The notes under the pieces are model-generated. The model worked only from the letters and a program-made list of their open reading frames with translations. It searched no databases and had not been told where the DNA came from. A program made the translations under genes and the position numbers. Shown here in pieces: positions 51,259-64,000 of a stretch of DNA of 64,000 nt; within the stretch, counting starts at the first letter, position 1; each line of letters opens with the position of its first letter. This stretch comes from an uncultured delta proteobacterium (GTDB lineage Bacteria; Desulfobacterota; Binatia; Binatales; Binataceae): the NCBI GenBank assembly GCA_963711565.1, contig CAVQEQ010000001.1, forward strand, positions 1,248,001 to 1,312,000, in the 5' to 3' direction.

Positions 51259-51984
51259 ATGGACCTATCGGTTGGCAGCGTCTTCCGGGCCCCACAAATC
51301 TCTCAACGCCTCGGCAATCAACTTGGACACATTGAAAAGACCTCCCGGCGCGCCTCGCGGAAAGCCGCTACTTGGCTTGCCCATCGGCGCATCTGGTCGC
51401 CGAGGATTGCGGTCCCAGCCAGCAGCTCGCACGTTACTCGGTCCGCGGAGTTGGCCACGGAGCTGGCTGCGGCACAGTGCGAAATGCTGCTGCGGACAGG
51501 CTTGGATGTGGCTCTCGGCGCGTCCCGCTCGCGTAGTGTGGCGCGGACGGCTTCGCGCTGCGCTGGCGCCGCCAAGGTCCTAGTGGTAGAGCCTGGGCGG
51601 GAGTCCGCTTTCCTGGCTCCCTTGCCACTGCAGAGGCTTGAGGGTCTCTCAGCAGCCACCTGCGAGGTATTGCGGGCGAGTGGGCTAGTCACCATCGGCG
51701 AGCTCCAGAGGGTTCCGAAGGCTGCGCTGCAAGCCGAGTTTGGCAAGCGGGAAGGGCTCCAAGTGTGGCGGACGGCCCGTGGCATCGATTACGAACCAGC
51801 GCCAGAGCCGGCCGCTTATTCCGACGCTGCGTTCGCTGCGGGAGCGGAAACGCACTTTGTGAGCGGATCGCTGCGCAGATTGCGAAATGCCAGCCTGTTT
51901 GCCGATTGGCGCGCTTTCAAGGCTTCCCTGTCCCGCCGGGTGCGCTTGATGGCCGGAGTCTTGATGGCAGGTGTATTGAGGTAG
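51259..51984 (+). CDS. Short ImuB/DinB-like Y-family polymerase homolog lacking the catalytic N-terminus
   Basis: VEPGRESAFLAPLPLQRLEGL...LRASGLVTIGELQRVPKAALQAEFGKREG..VWRTARGID is a thumb/HhH region; AGGAG RBS. Confidence 0.65.
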   Translation: MDLSVGSVFRAPQISQRLGNQLGHIEKTSRRASRKAATWLAHRRIWSPRIAVPASSSHVTRSAELATELAAAQCEMLLRTGLDVALGASRSRSVARTASRCAGAAKVLVVEPGRESAFLAPLPLQRLEGLSAATCEVLRASGLVTIGELQRVPKAALQAEFGKREGLQVWRTARGIDYEPAPEPAAYSDAAFAAGAETHFVSGSLRRLRNASLFADWRAFKASLSRRVRLMAGVLMAGVLR

Positions 51985-52050
51985 CACAACCGACAACTAA
52001 CGCGGGGCTGCTGTTGCGGGAGGGGCGGGCGGAGCGGCATACTCGCAACA

Positions 52051-53169
52051 ATGGACGAACTAGGTACTCGAAACGAACCACGTACTCGCGGAACGACGCA
52101 TCTGGGTGCGCCAGCCGGGCATGCGCGCTCGAAGCGTCGCGCGGCGGTTCTGGCTGTGTTGCTGACGGCCACTTTCACGCTGGCCAATTGCGCCAATGCC
52201 GACGAAATTCGCCTGAAGGATGGGAAAAAACTCTACGGCGAAATCGTGGCGCTCGACGACAACATGTACAAGGTGAAGACGGACTTCGGCTACGTCCTCG
52301 TCGAAAAAGACAAGATTGCTTCGATCATCCCGAACTCTTCGGGAACCTCGGAACCCAAGCCAGCTGCCAAGAAGGAAGCGCCGGTAGTGAAGCGCCCGCC
52401 AACTAAGACCACGGCAGCCTCCCAGCCGCAGACGGAACCCAGTAGCCCGTCCGCAGACGCGGCGGAAGCACCGAATGCCGAGAATCCGCCCCCAACAGAA
52501 GTAAGTAAGCGGGAAAAGACGCAAGCCATCGTCGCTACTTCAGCGACGGTGAAGCCGGAGGCGCGTACGACCGCGCCGAAACAAATTGTAGCGCCCGCGC
52601 TGCGCCCCGTGGCCGCGCCGGTCACTGGCGGCCCCAGCATCGTCGCGAATTCCGCTGCGCCGTTGCCCCCGCCGAAAGAAGCCGCGCAAGAAGAAGTCCG
52701 CGGCAACCTGTACATCAATCACGCCAGCAACTTTCGTATCTACAAAGCGCCCAGCTGGAATTTGATCGAGGATGCACGCAAAGCTCTGCCCAACGCGATC
52801 GTCGCCATGGGAACGTTCAACGAGTCGACACTCTTGGTGGTAGGAAAAGAAAAAAACAAGGAAGCGCTGGAACCGGCAGCCGCCGCCGTGGAACACCGCG
52901 TACGCGAAGTCTACGAAAACTACCGGCAAATTTCGCGGCGGACCACCACGGTTGGCGGTCTTCCCGGCATCGAGTTTCGCTATCGCGGAATGGCGGACGA
53001 CCATGACTGGTCGGGAACGCTGGTGGTGCTCGCGCGGGGGAATGAGATCTTTACGATTTTAGGAATGACTTACGCCGACACCGACCTGATTCAAATTCAA
53101 GAAAACGTAATCGCTCGCTCGATCGCCAGCCTGGATTTCTCCACCATCAGCCCTGCGGCAGGCAACTAA
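52051..53169 (+). CDS. Exported hypothetical protein with Pro/Ala-rich linker
   Basis: Signal peptide, DEIRLKDGKKLYGEIV small domain, low-complexity linker, PsbP-like C-terminal domain. Confidence 0.7.
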   Translation: MDELGTRNEPRTRGTTHLGAPAGHARSKRRAAVLAVLLTATFTLANCANADEIRLKDGKKLYGEIVALDDNMYKVKTDFGYVLVEKDKIASIIPNSSGTSEPKPAAKKEAPVVKRPPTKTTAASQPQTEPSSPSADAAEAPNAENPPPTEVSKREKTQAIVATSATVKPEARTTAPKQIVAPALRPVAAPVTGGPSIVANSAAPLPPPKEAAQEEVRGNLYINHASNFRIYKAPSWNLIEDARKALPNAIVAMGTFNESTLLVVGKEKNKEALEPAAAAVEHRVREVYENYRQISRRTTTVGGLPGIEFRYRGMADDHDWSGTLVVLARGNEIFTILGMTYADTDLIQIQENVIARSIASLDFSTISPAAGN

Positions 53170-53242
53170 AAATAAAATTGCCCAGCGCAGCGCCTGCAGT
53201 AACTGCGTTTGTTATTTTTAGAACCTTGCAATTAGAAATGTA

Positions 53243-54154
53243 CTAGTGGGCCGCGGCGTCGGCTGTTTCGCTTCCCTTGCGATGCTCGCGGATCATGGTG
53301 ATCAATGCTTGCGCAGCGCGCGGCAAGCTGCGGTCGCGGCGATAGACCAGGCCCAGCTCGCGGAATAATTCAAGGCCTTCCACGTTAATCAGTTTCACTT
53401 CGCCGGCCTTTACCTGGTCTTTAGCGAAGCTCTCGCTAATTAAGGAAACGCCGACGTCCGCCGCCACAAAGCGCTTGATCATGCCAATGCTCGGCAATTC
53501 CATGGTGACTTGAATGCGCGAACGATACGGGCGGAAAAGTTTGTCCAATACCTGGCGAGTGTAACCGGTCCGCGGGAAAATTTGCGGCTGCGAAGCCACC
53601 TCTTCGAGAGTCACTTTGCCGCGATGGGCCAAAGCATTCTTCGCGCTGACCATGAAGCGCATCCGGTCTTTGTAAATGTGATGCACTTTCAAATTGGGCG
53701 ACTTGGTTGGCAGCGTGACGATGCCCACGTCCACCGTGCCGTCTTCCACGCGCTGCAATATTTTATGGCTGAAATTCCGGTAGATACTGACGTGCACCAG
53801 CGGGTATTTGCGCTGAAATTCCGCAAAAATATCCGGCAGCAAATACAAGCAGGTTGCTTCATTGGCGCCAAAGACTACGCGACCCTGCACGATATCGCCG
53901 CGGTCCGCCACACCCTGCACGGATTCATCGCGCAAGCGCAGCAATTTCTCGGCGTATTCGAACAGCACTTCGCCGGCCGGCGTCAATTCCACGGACTTCG
54001 CCGAGCGATCCAGCAGCTTGGCGCGGTAGGCCTGCTCTAACTGGCGGATCTGCGCGCTGACTGCGGACTGCGAGCGGAAAACCTTTTGTCCCGCGCGCGA
54101 AAAGCTTTTAAGTTTTGCAACGTACACGAATGTAGCGAGTTGGTCGAAATCCAT
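53243..54154 (-). CDS. LysR-family transcriptional regulator
   Basis: MDFDQLATF...SFSRAG...SQSAVSAQIRQLE...LTPAGE. Confidence 0.95.
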   Translation of the reverse strand: MDFDQLATFVYVAKLKSFSRAGQKVFRSQSAVSAQIRQLEQAYRAKLLDRSAKSVELTPAGEVLFEYAEKLLRLRDESVQGVADRGDIVQGRVVFGANEATCLYLLPDIFAEFQRKYPLVHVSIYRNFSHKILQRVEDGTVDVGIVTLPTKSPNLKVHHIYKDRMRFMVSAKNALAHRGKVTLEEVASQPQIFPRTGYTRQVLDKLFRPYRSRIQVTMELPSIGMIKRFVAADVGVSLISESFAKDQVKAGEVKLINVEGLELFRELGLVYRRDRSLPRAAQALITMIREHRKGSETADAAAH

Positions 54155-54221
54155 AGGCAGAGTTCTCGGCGAGAATTATAGCGGATTCTGCCCGCCGAGT
54201 GGACTGTGAATTGCGATCCTT

Positions 54222-57200
54222 TCAGACGTGCAAGCCTGCGGAAGAGGCTTGCGCCGCATCATTCGAGGTCAAAATCAGGGCATGATCACTCAGCCGCGCC
54301 AGCAGCGGCCGCCAGGTATTCTCGATCGACCCCTGGAAGTGGATGGGCTGTACGCGCAAGAGCGGTAGGCCCGCGCGGCGGGTCAGCAGACGATTGGCGC
54401 AAGGGCTGGCCGTAAGCTCCACGTGCTGTTCCAGAACGCGCCTGAGCCACATTTCTTCAGCGTCGGTAATCTCGTGCAAGCTCACAAAATCACGATGCAC
54501 CACTTCCTCGGCGCCCGCGCGCAACACATACGCCAGGCCGCCAGTCATTCCCGAGCCAAAATTCATCCCCATCGTGCCCAGCACCAGCGCGACTCCGCCG
54601 GTCATGTACTCGCAGCCATGCTGCCCAAGGCCTTCCACCACCGCCAGCGCGCCGCTATTGCGCACCGCAAACCGTTCACCGGCGCGTCCGGCGATGTACA
54701 GCTGTCCTGAAGTTGCGCCATACAGAACCGTGTTGCCAGCCAACACGTCGCCGCGCCGCGAGGCCGCCGAACCCGCCGAAATGCTGATCGTTCCGCCAGA
54801 GAGTCCTTTGCCAACGTAATCGTTCGCTTCACCGGTGAGCTTCAGCGTTAGCCCATCCGCGAGAAACGCTCCAAAACTTTGTCCTGCGGACCCGTGAAAC
54901 TCGCGACGGATGTCCGCAACGAATTCAGGATTCTTGCTGCGCCGCCGCATCACTTCGCCGCTGATGCCCGCACCCACGCTGCGATCGGAGTTGCGGATGG
55001 GTTGCGATTCCGGTTCATGATCCAGCGAGCCGCTGAAATGCATGGAATCTTCCAGCGCGGCAGCGTGAACGGTCGGTGTTTGCTGCGGCGCAACACGGCC
55101 CGCAGCGGAGATCGGCACCACCATAAGCGGATCCATTCCAGATCGCGCCGAAAGCCGATCGTACCAGCCGGTAAGTTCGCTCAGCGAACGTACACCCAGT
55201 TGCGCGAGCCGCGCGCGGACCTCATCGGCCAGCGAGCGGAAATACGCGACGACCATTTCCGGCTTCCCTTTGAATCGCGCGCGCAGAGTTTCGTCCTGGG
55301 TGGCAATTCCTACGGGACAGGTATTCAGGTGACACTGGCGTGCCATAACGCAGCCGATGGCCAGCAGCGAAGCGGTGCCAAAACCAAATTCGTCCGCGCC
55401 CAAAATCGCGCCGAGCACAATGTCTCGCGGAAATTTGAGGCCTCCGTCCACGCGGAGAGAGAGACGTGAACGAAGGCCCGCGCGAACCAAAGTGTCATGA
55501 GCTTCGCGCAAACCGATTTCCCAGGGCAGCCCGGTGTTCTTGATCGAAGTCAGCGGCGACGAACCCGTCCCGCCATTGTGTCCGCTGATGGTGATCACAT
55601 CGGCTCCCGCTTTGGCCACGCCCGCCGCGATAATGCCGACGCCCGACCCGGAAACCAGTTTCACGCCGATGCGCGCTCGCGGATTTACCGCGCGCAAATC
55701 GTGAATCAACTGCGCCAGATCTTCGATGCTGTAAATGTCGTGATGAGGCGGCGGAGAAATCAACGGCGTTCCGGGATGTGGCGTGCCTTATTCGCGCGAT
55801 GTACGCCGTAACTTTCTTGCGCCGGAAGCTGTCCGCCTTCGCCGGGCTTCGAGCCTTGCGCCATCTTTATTTCCAATTCTTCGGCGTGTACCAAATAATC
55901 CGCGGTAACTCCAAAACGCCCCGAAGCGACTTGCTTAATTTTGTTCGCCGCGTGCGGTTCAGTGATGATACAGGTCGGGGTCTTCTCCGCCCTCTCCGGT
56001 ATTGCTGCGCGCGCCGATGGAATTCATCGCCTCTGCCAAGGGTCCGATGCGCTTCGGCGCCCAGCGATCCCAGGGACATTGCCTGCGTGCTGAATCGCCG
56101 CAAGATGGATTCGCCCGATTCCACTTCTTCCAGTCGGCACCGGCGTGTCCGGCGCAATCTCCAGCAGATCGCGCAAGAAGATCGGTCCCTGGCTTCTCCG
56201 CCAGTTCCTCAAACGCAGAATATTTCTTCGCGTCCGGGGCCTTCACGAACGCGTGCAAGCGCCGCAAACTTCCGGTGAATTGGCGTGCAGCTCCGCGCCT
56301 TTGCGAAAGCGATACAGACCGGAGTCCGCATAGCATCGTCAGCCGCCTGGCCGAACGCTGTGGTGTGCATGCGCAGATAATCGGCAAACAAATCGTCCGC
56401 TGATTTTCTGCCCCGGAAAATCGGCGGCATCTTCAAAGAACTCGGTGCAGAAGTCTTCCGCCAGGCCAACAATCTCAAACAAATGGCTGTTGCGGTAACT
56501 CGCCAGCGTCGAAACGCCCATGCGCGCCAGCACTTTGCGCAAGCCCGCATTGATGGCTGTGCGCACCGCCTCCATCGCCTGCGGCTCCGCGCAGAACTTC
56601 GGCGCCGTAGCAAATTGCAGCGCCAGGCTCGGCACCACCGCGCTCGCCCCGCTCGCCACCAGCAAAGCGACGTGATGCGTATCAAAAACTTGCGCCGATT
56701 CCACGATCAGCGGAACGTCCCACCAGTCCATTCCGCACCATCGCTTTCCACACCGCTGCGGTTGCCAACAGCGCCGGCAACGGCGCGCGCTCCGCGCTGA
56801 TCGCGCGGTCGGAAAGGAGGAGGAGTCCCGGGCGCTCACCACTACTCAGAGGGGTAGTTAAAAGCTGAGTAACCGCGTGGCGCGCGCCCGGAACTCCCAT
56901 GGCGGCAGGAAAAGTCAAATCGATCTGTTGTACGGGGCCATAGGTCGTCCCCAGTTCCGCAATCAACGCGGCAAGTTCCGCGGCATTGATCACCGGTCCC
57001 GGCAGCGCCACCCCTTCGCGCAAATGCACGTCCAGCGACATCACGTGTGCCTCCCGCAGTGGGTCGATCGGCGGATTCGTCACCTGCGCAAAGCGCTGCT
57101 TGCAGTAATCCCACAGCGTGCGCGGCAACGCAGAAAGAAACGCCGGCGGAGCGTCGTCACCCATGCTCCAGTCCGCTTCTTTGCCATGCGTCAGCGCGGA

Positions 57201-58599
57201 AAAAAGTATTTTGAATTGGTCGTCCGTCCAACCAGCGGCGGTGGCTACGCGTTTCGGATCGGCGAATTCCGCTGGCACCGGCGCGGCTTTTCCAGGCACT
57301 GGGACCGCCGCGGGGATCGCGTTGCGCAGCGGCGCTGCCGCGGTAAGCTCGGCATGCTTTTCCGCCAGTCGCTTCAGAATGTCGCGCCAACGCAGGAAAA
57401 TTCCTTGTTCCGGATTGGCGAGAATCATTTCCCCGGGACCAAGTTTTGCGCGCTCGGCGATCTGCGATTCTTCCAGATCGATCAGGCCGGTTTCCGAACC
57501 CGCCATGATCAATCCGTCATGCGTTACGGTGTAACGCAGCGGACGCAACCCGTTGCGGTCCAGCTTCGCGCCCACGAAATCCGCCCATCGAAAAAATCAA
57601 TGCCGCCGGGCCATCCCACGGTTCACCCTTCCGCGAGACGCGCCCGCAGCGCCGCGCGCACATCCGGCGAGAGATGCGGATCCTTCTCAAACGCGGGCGG
57701 CACCAAAGCCAACATCGCCGCCGCCGGGGTCTGACCCTCCAGCAGGCGTAACTCAAACGCGTTATCAAAACTTGCGGAATCGCTCACGCCTTGTTCGAGC
57801 GCGGAAAACCAACCATCCACACCAAGCCGCGATCGCAGCTCTCTTCTTTCGCGCGCGTCCAACGGCGATTAGATAGGATCGTATTTATTTCGCCGTTGTG
57901 CGCCACGTGCCGGAAAGGCTGCGCCAAATCCCAGGAAGGCTGCGTATTGGTCGAATAGCGCTGATGAAATACCGCGAATGTAGCCGCAAAACTTCCATCG
58001 CGCAAATCTTCGTAGAATTGCGGAAACTGCCAGGGCGTCAGCAATCCTTTGTAAACAATAGATTTCGAAGACAGTGAACAGATGTAGCACCGCGGCGGCA
58101 ACATCGATTCCGCGCGCTTGCGCAGCAACGACATTTGGCGTTCAAAATCCTCAGCCGGCTTCTCGGCCCCGACAAAGAACTGCCAGATCTCCGGCATGCT
58201 TTCGCGCGCCCGCGCTCCCAGCGAACTGGGATCAACGGGAACCCGCCGCCAGCCGAGCACTTCAAGGTTCTGGAATTCTGCCGCCGCGTGAATCGCCGAG
58301 CGTGCGTGCAGCGCAAATGGCGAGTACAGAAATGCAAAACCCACGCCGAATTGCCCGGGCAGCTCGACGCCGATTTCTTTGGCGCGCGCACGAAAAAAAC
58401 TTTGCGGAAGCGAGGTCAGCAGGCCCGCGCCGTCCCCGCTGGCGCCATCGGCGTCCACACCGCCGCGATGGGTAAGCCGCTCAAGAGCCGTCAGCGCAAA
58501 CTGCACGATATCGTGCGCGGGAGGCGCGCCAAGACGCGCCACAAACCCCGTACCGCAAGCGTCGTGGTCTGGGTGCCCCCAATTGGGATGCCGACACAT
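54222..58599 (-). CDS. gltB: Glutamate synthase large subunit (several frameshifts)
   Basis: [86 protein letters not shown]. Confidence 0.93.
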
Positions 58600-58710
58600 A
58601 CCCGTTTATAGAGGCACGAGGAGGTCCAAGTACAACGCAGAATTTCAATTTGCCAAATTGGTTTTCTGACGAGGCCGTAAACCCTGCGAGGACGGTAAAT
58701 TGCTGCACTT

Positions 58711-58736
58711 GTAGTGGCGCAGCATGCTGCGCGCCA
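58711..58736. repeat. GTAG-type REP-like palindrome
   Basis: GTAGTGGCGCAGCATGCTGCGCGCCA. Confidence 0.6.
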
Positions 58737-58793
58737 GATTACCCGGATCTCCCGGACGTATTGAATCTTCGAGCGCTTAGACCGGAAACCACT

Positions 58794-60200
58794 TCAAAAC
58801 TTCGTCGCTTCCGTAAAGTGAAAATCCCGAATTTTCATCGCCGGCATCACCATCTCAAACGCTTCTTCCCCGCTCGCCCGCACCGCCGGCCCCAGCATCT
58901 CCACGTTGCGCAAAGCCTCCAGCAGCGACTGGTTAAAACGGAAGTTGCGTACCGCGGACGTAACGCGGCCCTTTTCGACCAGGAATAATCCGTCCCGCGT
59001 CATACCCGTCATGATCTTTTCGTACGGTTCCACTTCGCGGATGTACCAGATGCGAGTCACCAACAAACCGCGGTCGGTAGACGCGATCATTTTCTCCAGC
59101 GACGAATCCCCCCCCAGAAAACCAGATTCATCGGCGCTTCGCCGTATTCATTCGGCAACAGGAAGCCGTGCCCAGTCGGACTTTTCCGCGCGTCCTTCGC
59201 CGCCCGCCGCGAGTACACCAGATTTTTCGGTACGCCACGATCCACCAGCATCACGCGCTGCCGCGGCGTCCCTTCCCCATCAAACGGCGCGCCCATCTGC
59301 AACGGGTGATACACATCGTCTGCAATAGAAATGTTCTTGCCAAAGAGCGGCTTGCCCATCCGGCCATTTAAGCAAGAGCGCTTATCGGCAAGCGCAGTCG
59401 CCGCAAAATCGTAAAAAAGAAATCCCACCAGGTCGAGTGCCGCCGCCGGTTCGAGAATCACGGTGTACTTCCCGGTCGGCAACTCTTTAGCGTCGACGGC
59501 CAGGTACGCTTTGTGACTCGCGCGCGCGGCCAGCTCTTGTGGATCAAACTGCCGCACATCGCCCGCATTCGCTTTCGCCCAGCTGGCCGCGGGCGATTGC
59601 TGCATCGTTATCGAAAATTCCGCATGCGTTTCGCGGTAAGACGCCGCAAGGCCGCGCGAATTTCCCACCATGGCCTGCGATTGCCCGGTAGAAAAAATGC
59701 CCGCGGCGACTTGTCCGCGCCGGATCGCCAGGTCGCAGGCGCGTCGCACCGCGCGGGCGCGATCTTCGGGCGTGATAGCAGCGGTCGCTCGCGAAAAGCG
59801 TTGCACCCCGCGATAGCGTTGCTTCAAGGGCAGCGGTAAGAGCTTCGCATCTTTCGGTTGGCTGGCCGCCAGCGACAAAGAAGAATCAATCGCCGCCCGC
59901 AGCGAATTTTCATCGATGCGATTCGTGCGTGACCCGCGCGGTGCGCCCTTCGGCAACCGTGCGCAACGAAACTGTCACGCCATGCTCCGAGACATTTTGG
60001 TGAATCGCATTGTTGGCAAAGCGCGTCAGGTCGTCGAGCACTTCATCGACGTGGACTTCCGCTTCCTCCGCTCCAGCGGCCTTGGCCAGGCGCAATGTGT
60101 CCTGAATAATTGCGTGGAGACGTCGTTCGTCGGACAGCGTCGCCCGCGGTGCTTTTGTGCCGGGCGTTGCCACTCCGCGATTTTTTTTCGGGGAGCTCAT
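58794..60200 (-). CDS. TldE/PmbA-family protein (frameshifted)
   Basis: LTRFANNAIHQN, GKYTVILEPAA, PFDGEGTP, TGMTRDGLFLVEKG..NFRFN; TAATG-coupled to tldD. Confidence 0.85.
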
Positions 60201-61657
60201 TATTCGGAAAACGCCGTTCCAATCTGCACGTTGCGAAACCGCGAAGGCGAAGCCCCGTGGCCGGTTCCCATCGTCTGCATCGGCTGCCCCTTGCCGCAAT
60301 TGGGCGTGCCCCACAAGGTCCAATCCTTCGCGGAAGAAATGGCGTCGCAGGAATTCCAGAACTCCGTGGTAATCCCGCCATAACTGGGATTTTTCAGCAT
60401 CCGAACTTTTTTGCCGCCCTTAATTTCCCAACCAATCTCGGTAGAAAACTGAAACTGATACCGCCGGTCGTCAATCGACCAGGACTTATTGGTCTCCATC
60501 AAAATCCCGTCGTCCGTATCGGCAATCAAATTTTCGTATACCCACGAGCCGGGCAGCAGGCTGATATTCGTCATGCGGATAATCGGCAAGCGGTTCCAGC
60601 TTTCGGTGCGCATCGTCCCGGAAGAGCGCTTCAGCCCAATCAATTTCGCGGTCTCGCGATTCGAAAGATACCCGCGGAATTGCCCGTCCTTGATGATGTC
60701 CGTGCACTGCGCCGGTACGCCCTCATCATCAAACGCAAAACTCCCCAGTCCCGGACCGTGTGCAATCGTCGCATCCGCCACCACGTTCACGATGTCCGAT
60801 CCATACCGCAGGTGATTCAATTTTTCCAGCGTAAGAAAACTGGTCCCCGCAAAATTGGCCTCTTCACCCAGCACGCGGTCGAGTTCAATCGGATGCCCCA
60901 CCGACTCATGAATCTGCAAGCCCAGCTGCGACCCGCCAAGTATCAGCGTTCCAGTTTTCTGCGGACATTGCGCAGCCGAATGCAGCGCTGCGGCCTCTTC
61001 CGCGATCAGTGGCGCATGCTTTAACAATTCCAGCGACTCAACCAGCTCATATCCAGCCAGCGCATGTTGCCCGCCGAAACTATTCGGATAGGAGCGCTTC
61101 TGAATTTCATCACCCTGGAACGCGGTAGCCACAATCCCACAACCAGAAATCACCTTGCGCTGATGAATTCGCGAACCGATGCTCGACGCAAACCACGAAT
61201 CAATCTTGCGAAACTGCATATCCGTTTCCGTCAGCGTCACGCCCTTAACCCGCCGCATCTCGGCGTCGGCGGCCAGCAACAGAGACAGCTGCGATTCCAG
61301 CGGAATTTCAAACGGATCTTTGATGAAAGGGCTCTGCCAGCTATCCACAAACGCAATTTCATCCACCATAGAAACTTCATGCCGCTTGGCCAACGCCGAA
61401 GCTTTTCCAATCGACACCGCGTGGGCCGCGCAAGCGGCCACCCCATCCCGCGTCAAGCGATCCGTCGACGCAAATCCCCAAGCCCCATTCGCCAGGACGC
61501 GAATGCCCAACCCGATCGATTCGGACTGCGCCAGAGTTCCCACTTGTCCATTTTTCGTGGTCAAATCGCGCTGCCGCAAATGCATCACGCGCACATCGGC
61601 ATACGTCGCCCCGCGCAGCTTTGCGATATCCAGAGAATGTGTCGCCAGGTCCCACAT
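60200..61657 (-). CDS. tldD: TldD-family metalloprotease
   Basis: GIRVLANGAWGFAS, IHESVGHPIELDR (HExxH-like), FDDEGVP, NCGKGQP. Confidence 0.9.
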   Translation of the reverse strand: MWDLATHSLDIAKLRGATYADVRVMHLRQRDLTTKNGQVGTLAQSESIGLGIRVLANGAWGFASTDRLTRDGVAACAAHAVSIGKASALAKRHEVSMVDEIAFVDSWQSPFIKDPFEIPLESQLSLLLAADAEMRRVKGVTLTETDMQFRKIDSWFASSIGSRIHQRKVISGCGIVATAFQGDEIQKRSYPNSFGGQHALAGYELVESLELLKHAPLIAEEAAALHSAAQCPQKTGTLILGGSQLGLQIHESVGHPIELDRVLGEEANFAGTSFLTLEKLNHLRYGSDIVNVVADATIAHGPGLGSFAFDDEGVPAQCTDIIKDGQFRGYLSNRETAKLIGLKRSSGTMRTESWNRLPIIRMTNISLLPGSWVYENLIADTDDGILMETNKSWSIDDRRYQFQFSTEIGWEIKGGKKVRMLKNPSYGGITTEFWNSCDAISSAKDWTLWGTPNCGKGQPMQTMGTGHGASPSRFRNVQIGTAFSE

Positions 61658-61660
61658 AGC

Positions 61661-62386
61661 TTAGTGTGAATCCGCAGTTCCGTCCGACCAGTTGCGAACG
61701 GGAATCAGGAAAATGGTCAAGTGTTCCGACTTGGCGGGGGCCGCGATGATAGGGGAACCCGGCAGATTGGCGCCCCAGGCTGCCGCATCCGTTAGCGGCG
61801 TGAAAAACATCACGTGCGGATGCCAGTGCGGGTCATCGTCAGCCAGATACGCCTGCTTAGACATCATGTAGCACATTGCACCGGGTTCCGGCGTCGGCAA
61901 TTCCTCGCGGGTGATGGCGGCGTCGATCGCCACGCCGATCTGCTCTGCGGTGCGCCCCGCCAATACCCACTCAGTCTTCTTGAGAATCAGCGGCATGTAG
62001 GAGTGCGCGGCCGCTGCATTAAAACAGATCGGGGAACGTATCTTGGCATTCCAGAACTCGGGGAAGTCTGCTGCCGCGGCCCAACCTCGTAGCACCATGC
62101 ACGCGAAGCCATTCTTCCCTTTCATCGCTGTCTCGTAACCATGGCGGGAAAGAACCAGCACCTCCGCGTCGCTCGAGATGGCGTCCGGCGCCGCACCGCG
62201 TGCCAGAGCGATCTCGGCGTCGCGGTCCGCGATGAGGTATTGTTCGAGCGGCGCCATGGTGGCGTAAGTACTTAGGGCGTTGGATGCCTGCGCGTTGGGT
62301 GCCTGCGCGCTGGCCGGCCCAGCCACCACGAACAAAGCGAACACGGCGATTGTGCTCGCAGTGAGTTTAAGAATGTTGGGCTTCAT
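61661..62386 (-). CDS. Exported hypothetical protein
   Basis: Signal peptide; AEIALARGAAP, GKNGFACMV, MCYMMSK, HWHPHVMFF motifs. Confidence 0.7.
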   Translation of the reverse strand: MKPNILKLTASTIAVFALFVVAGPASAQAPNAQASNALSTYATMAPLEQYLIADRDAEIALARGAAPDAISSDAEVLVLSRHGYETAMKGKNGFACMVLRGWAAAADFPEFWNAKIRSPICFNAAAAHSYMPLILKKTEWVLAGRTAEQIGVAIDAAITREELPTPEPGAMCYMMSKQAYLADDDPHWHPHVMFFTPLTDAAAWGANLPGSPIIAAPAKSEHLTIFLIPVRNWSDGTADSH

Positions 62387-62494
62387 GCGTTCTCCCGGAA
62401 AGGAGAGACATTGTAGCGCAGCAGTGCTCGCCGCGGACACCAGCTCGGTCCGCCGATGGATTCTTCTGAAGAAAACGAAATACGCGTCTTCTGC

Positions 62495-63774
<1,280 letters not shown>

Positions 63775-63870
63775 CGGTAGAGCTCCTAAATTTTCTTCGA
63801 TTGGATATTTCTGTAGCGATTCAAATCTGCGCGAAAACCATTGGCCTAAATTAAGTAGCTAGGAAAAGAA

Positions 63871-64000
63871 TTACCGCCGCGCCCCAACTTCCGCCGCAGC
63901 CGTCTGCGCCGGTGCGCCCAGTCCCGCAGCCTTCCGCAACGCATCCGCGCGGTCCGTGCGTTCCCAGGTGAATGCCGGGCCGTCCGCCCAAAGTGCCCGT
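63871..64000 (-). CDS. metK: S-adenosylmethionine synthetase, C-terminal end (partial)
   Basis: Hand translation GHFGR...FTWERTDRADALRKAAG; directly upstream of ahcY. Confidence 0.8.
   Translation of the reverse strand, partial: RALWADGPAFTWERTDRADALRKAAGLGAPAQTAAAEVGARR

Overview
High-GC bacterial window with a mosaic structure. (1) Bases 1-12178 are one end of a compact Mu-like transposable element. It has a terminus at 12178 with paired 21-bp transposase-type sites, a divergent repressor/ner switch, a MuA-like DDE transposase, a MuB-like ATPase, AlpA-like and GemA-like genes, a few small ORFs, and then a tail tape measure translationally coupled to a gpD-like baseplate hub that runs off the left edge. 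No terminase, portal, capsid, sheath or tube gene lies where one would be expected, which suggests a streamlined transposable-phage satellite, though the far end is outside the window. The element carries two striking non-coding structures: an array of about 10 mostly fixed-length palindromes with co-varying arms (11337-11750) and two tandem cloverleaf-like RNA modules (3144-3339) inside a 650-bp highly structured intergenic region. (2) 12.5-27.7 kb holds a GH63-like glucosidase, an RND efflux trio, a DUF2339/DUF3999-like pair and a methyltransferase. (3) 28-39 kb is an accessory patchwork (wHTH-TPR regulator, FadR, sulfatase, tannase, SnoaL-like, ThuA-like, gene fragments) punctuated by six copies of a short palindromic repeat. 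(4) 39-64 kb holds Acidobacteria-like core genes (radical SAM, SYLF, MPG, PlpD-like patatin, PiT, LysR, gltB, tldD/pmbA, ahcY, metK end) with REP-like repeats. Many genes, including housekeeping ones, are broken by single-base frameshifts that are most likely sequencing indels. All family calls come from motif recognition by eye; no searches were run.
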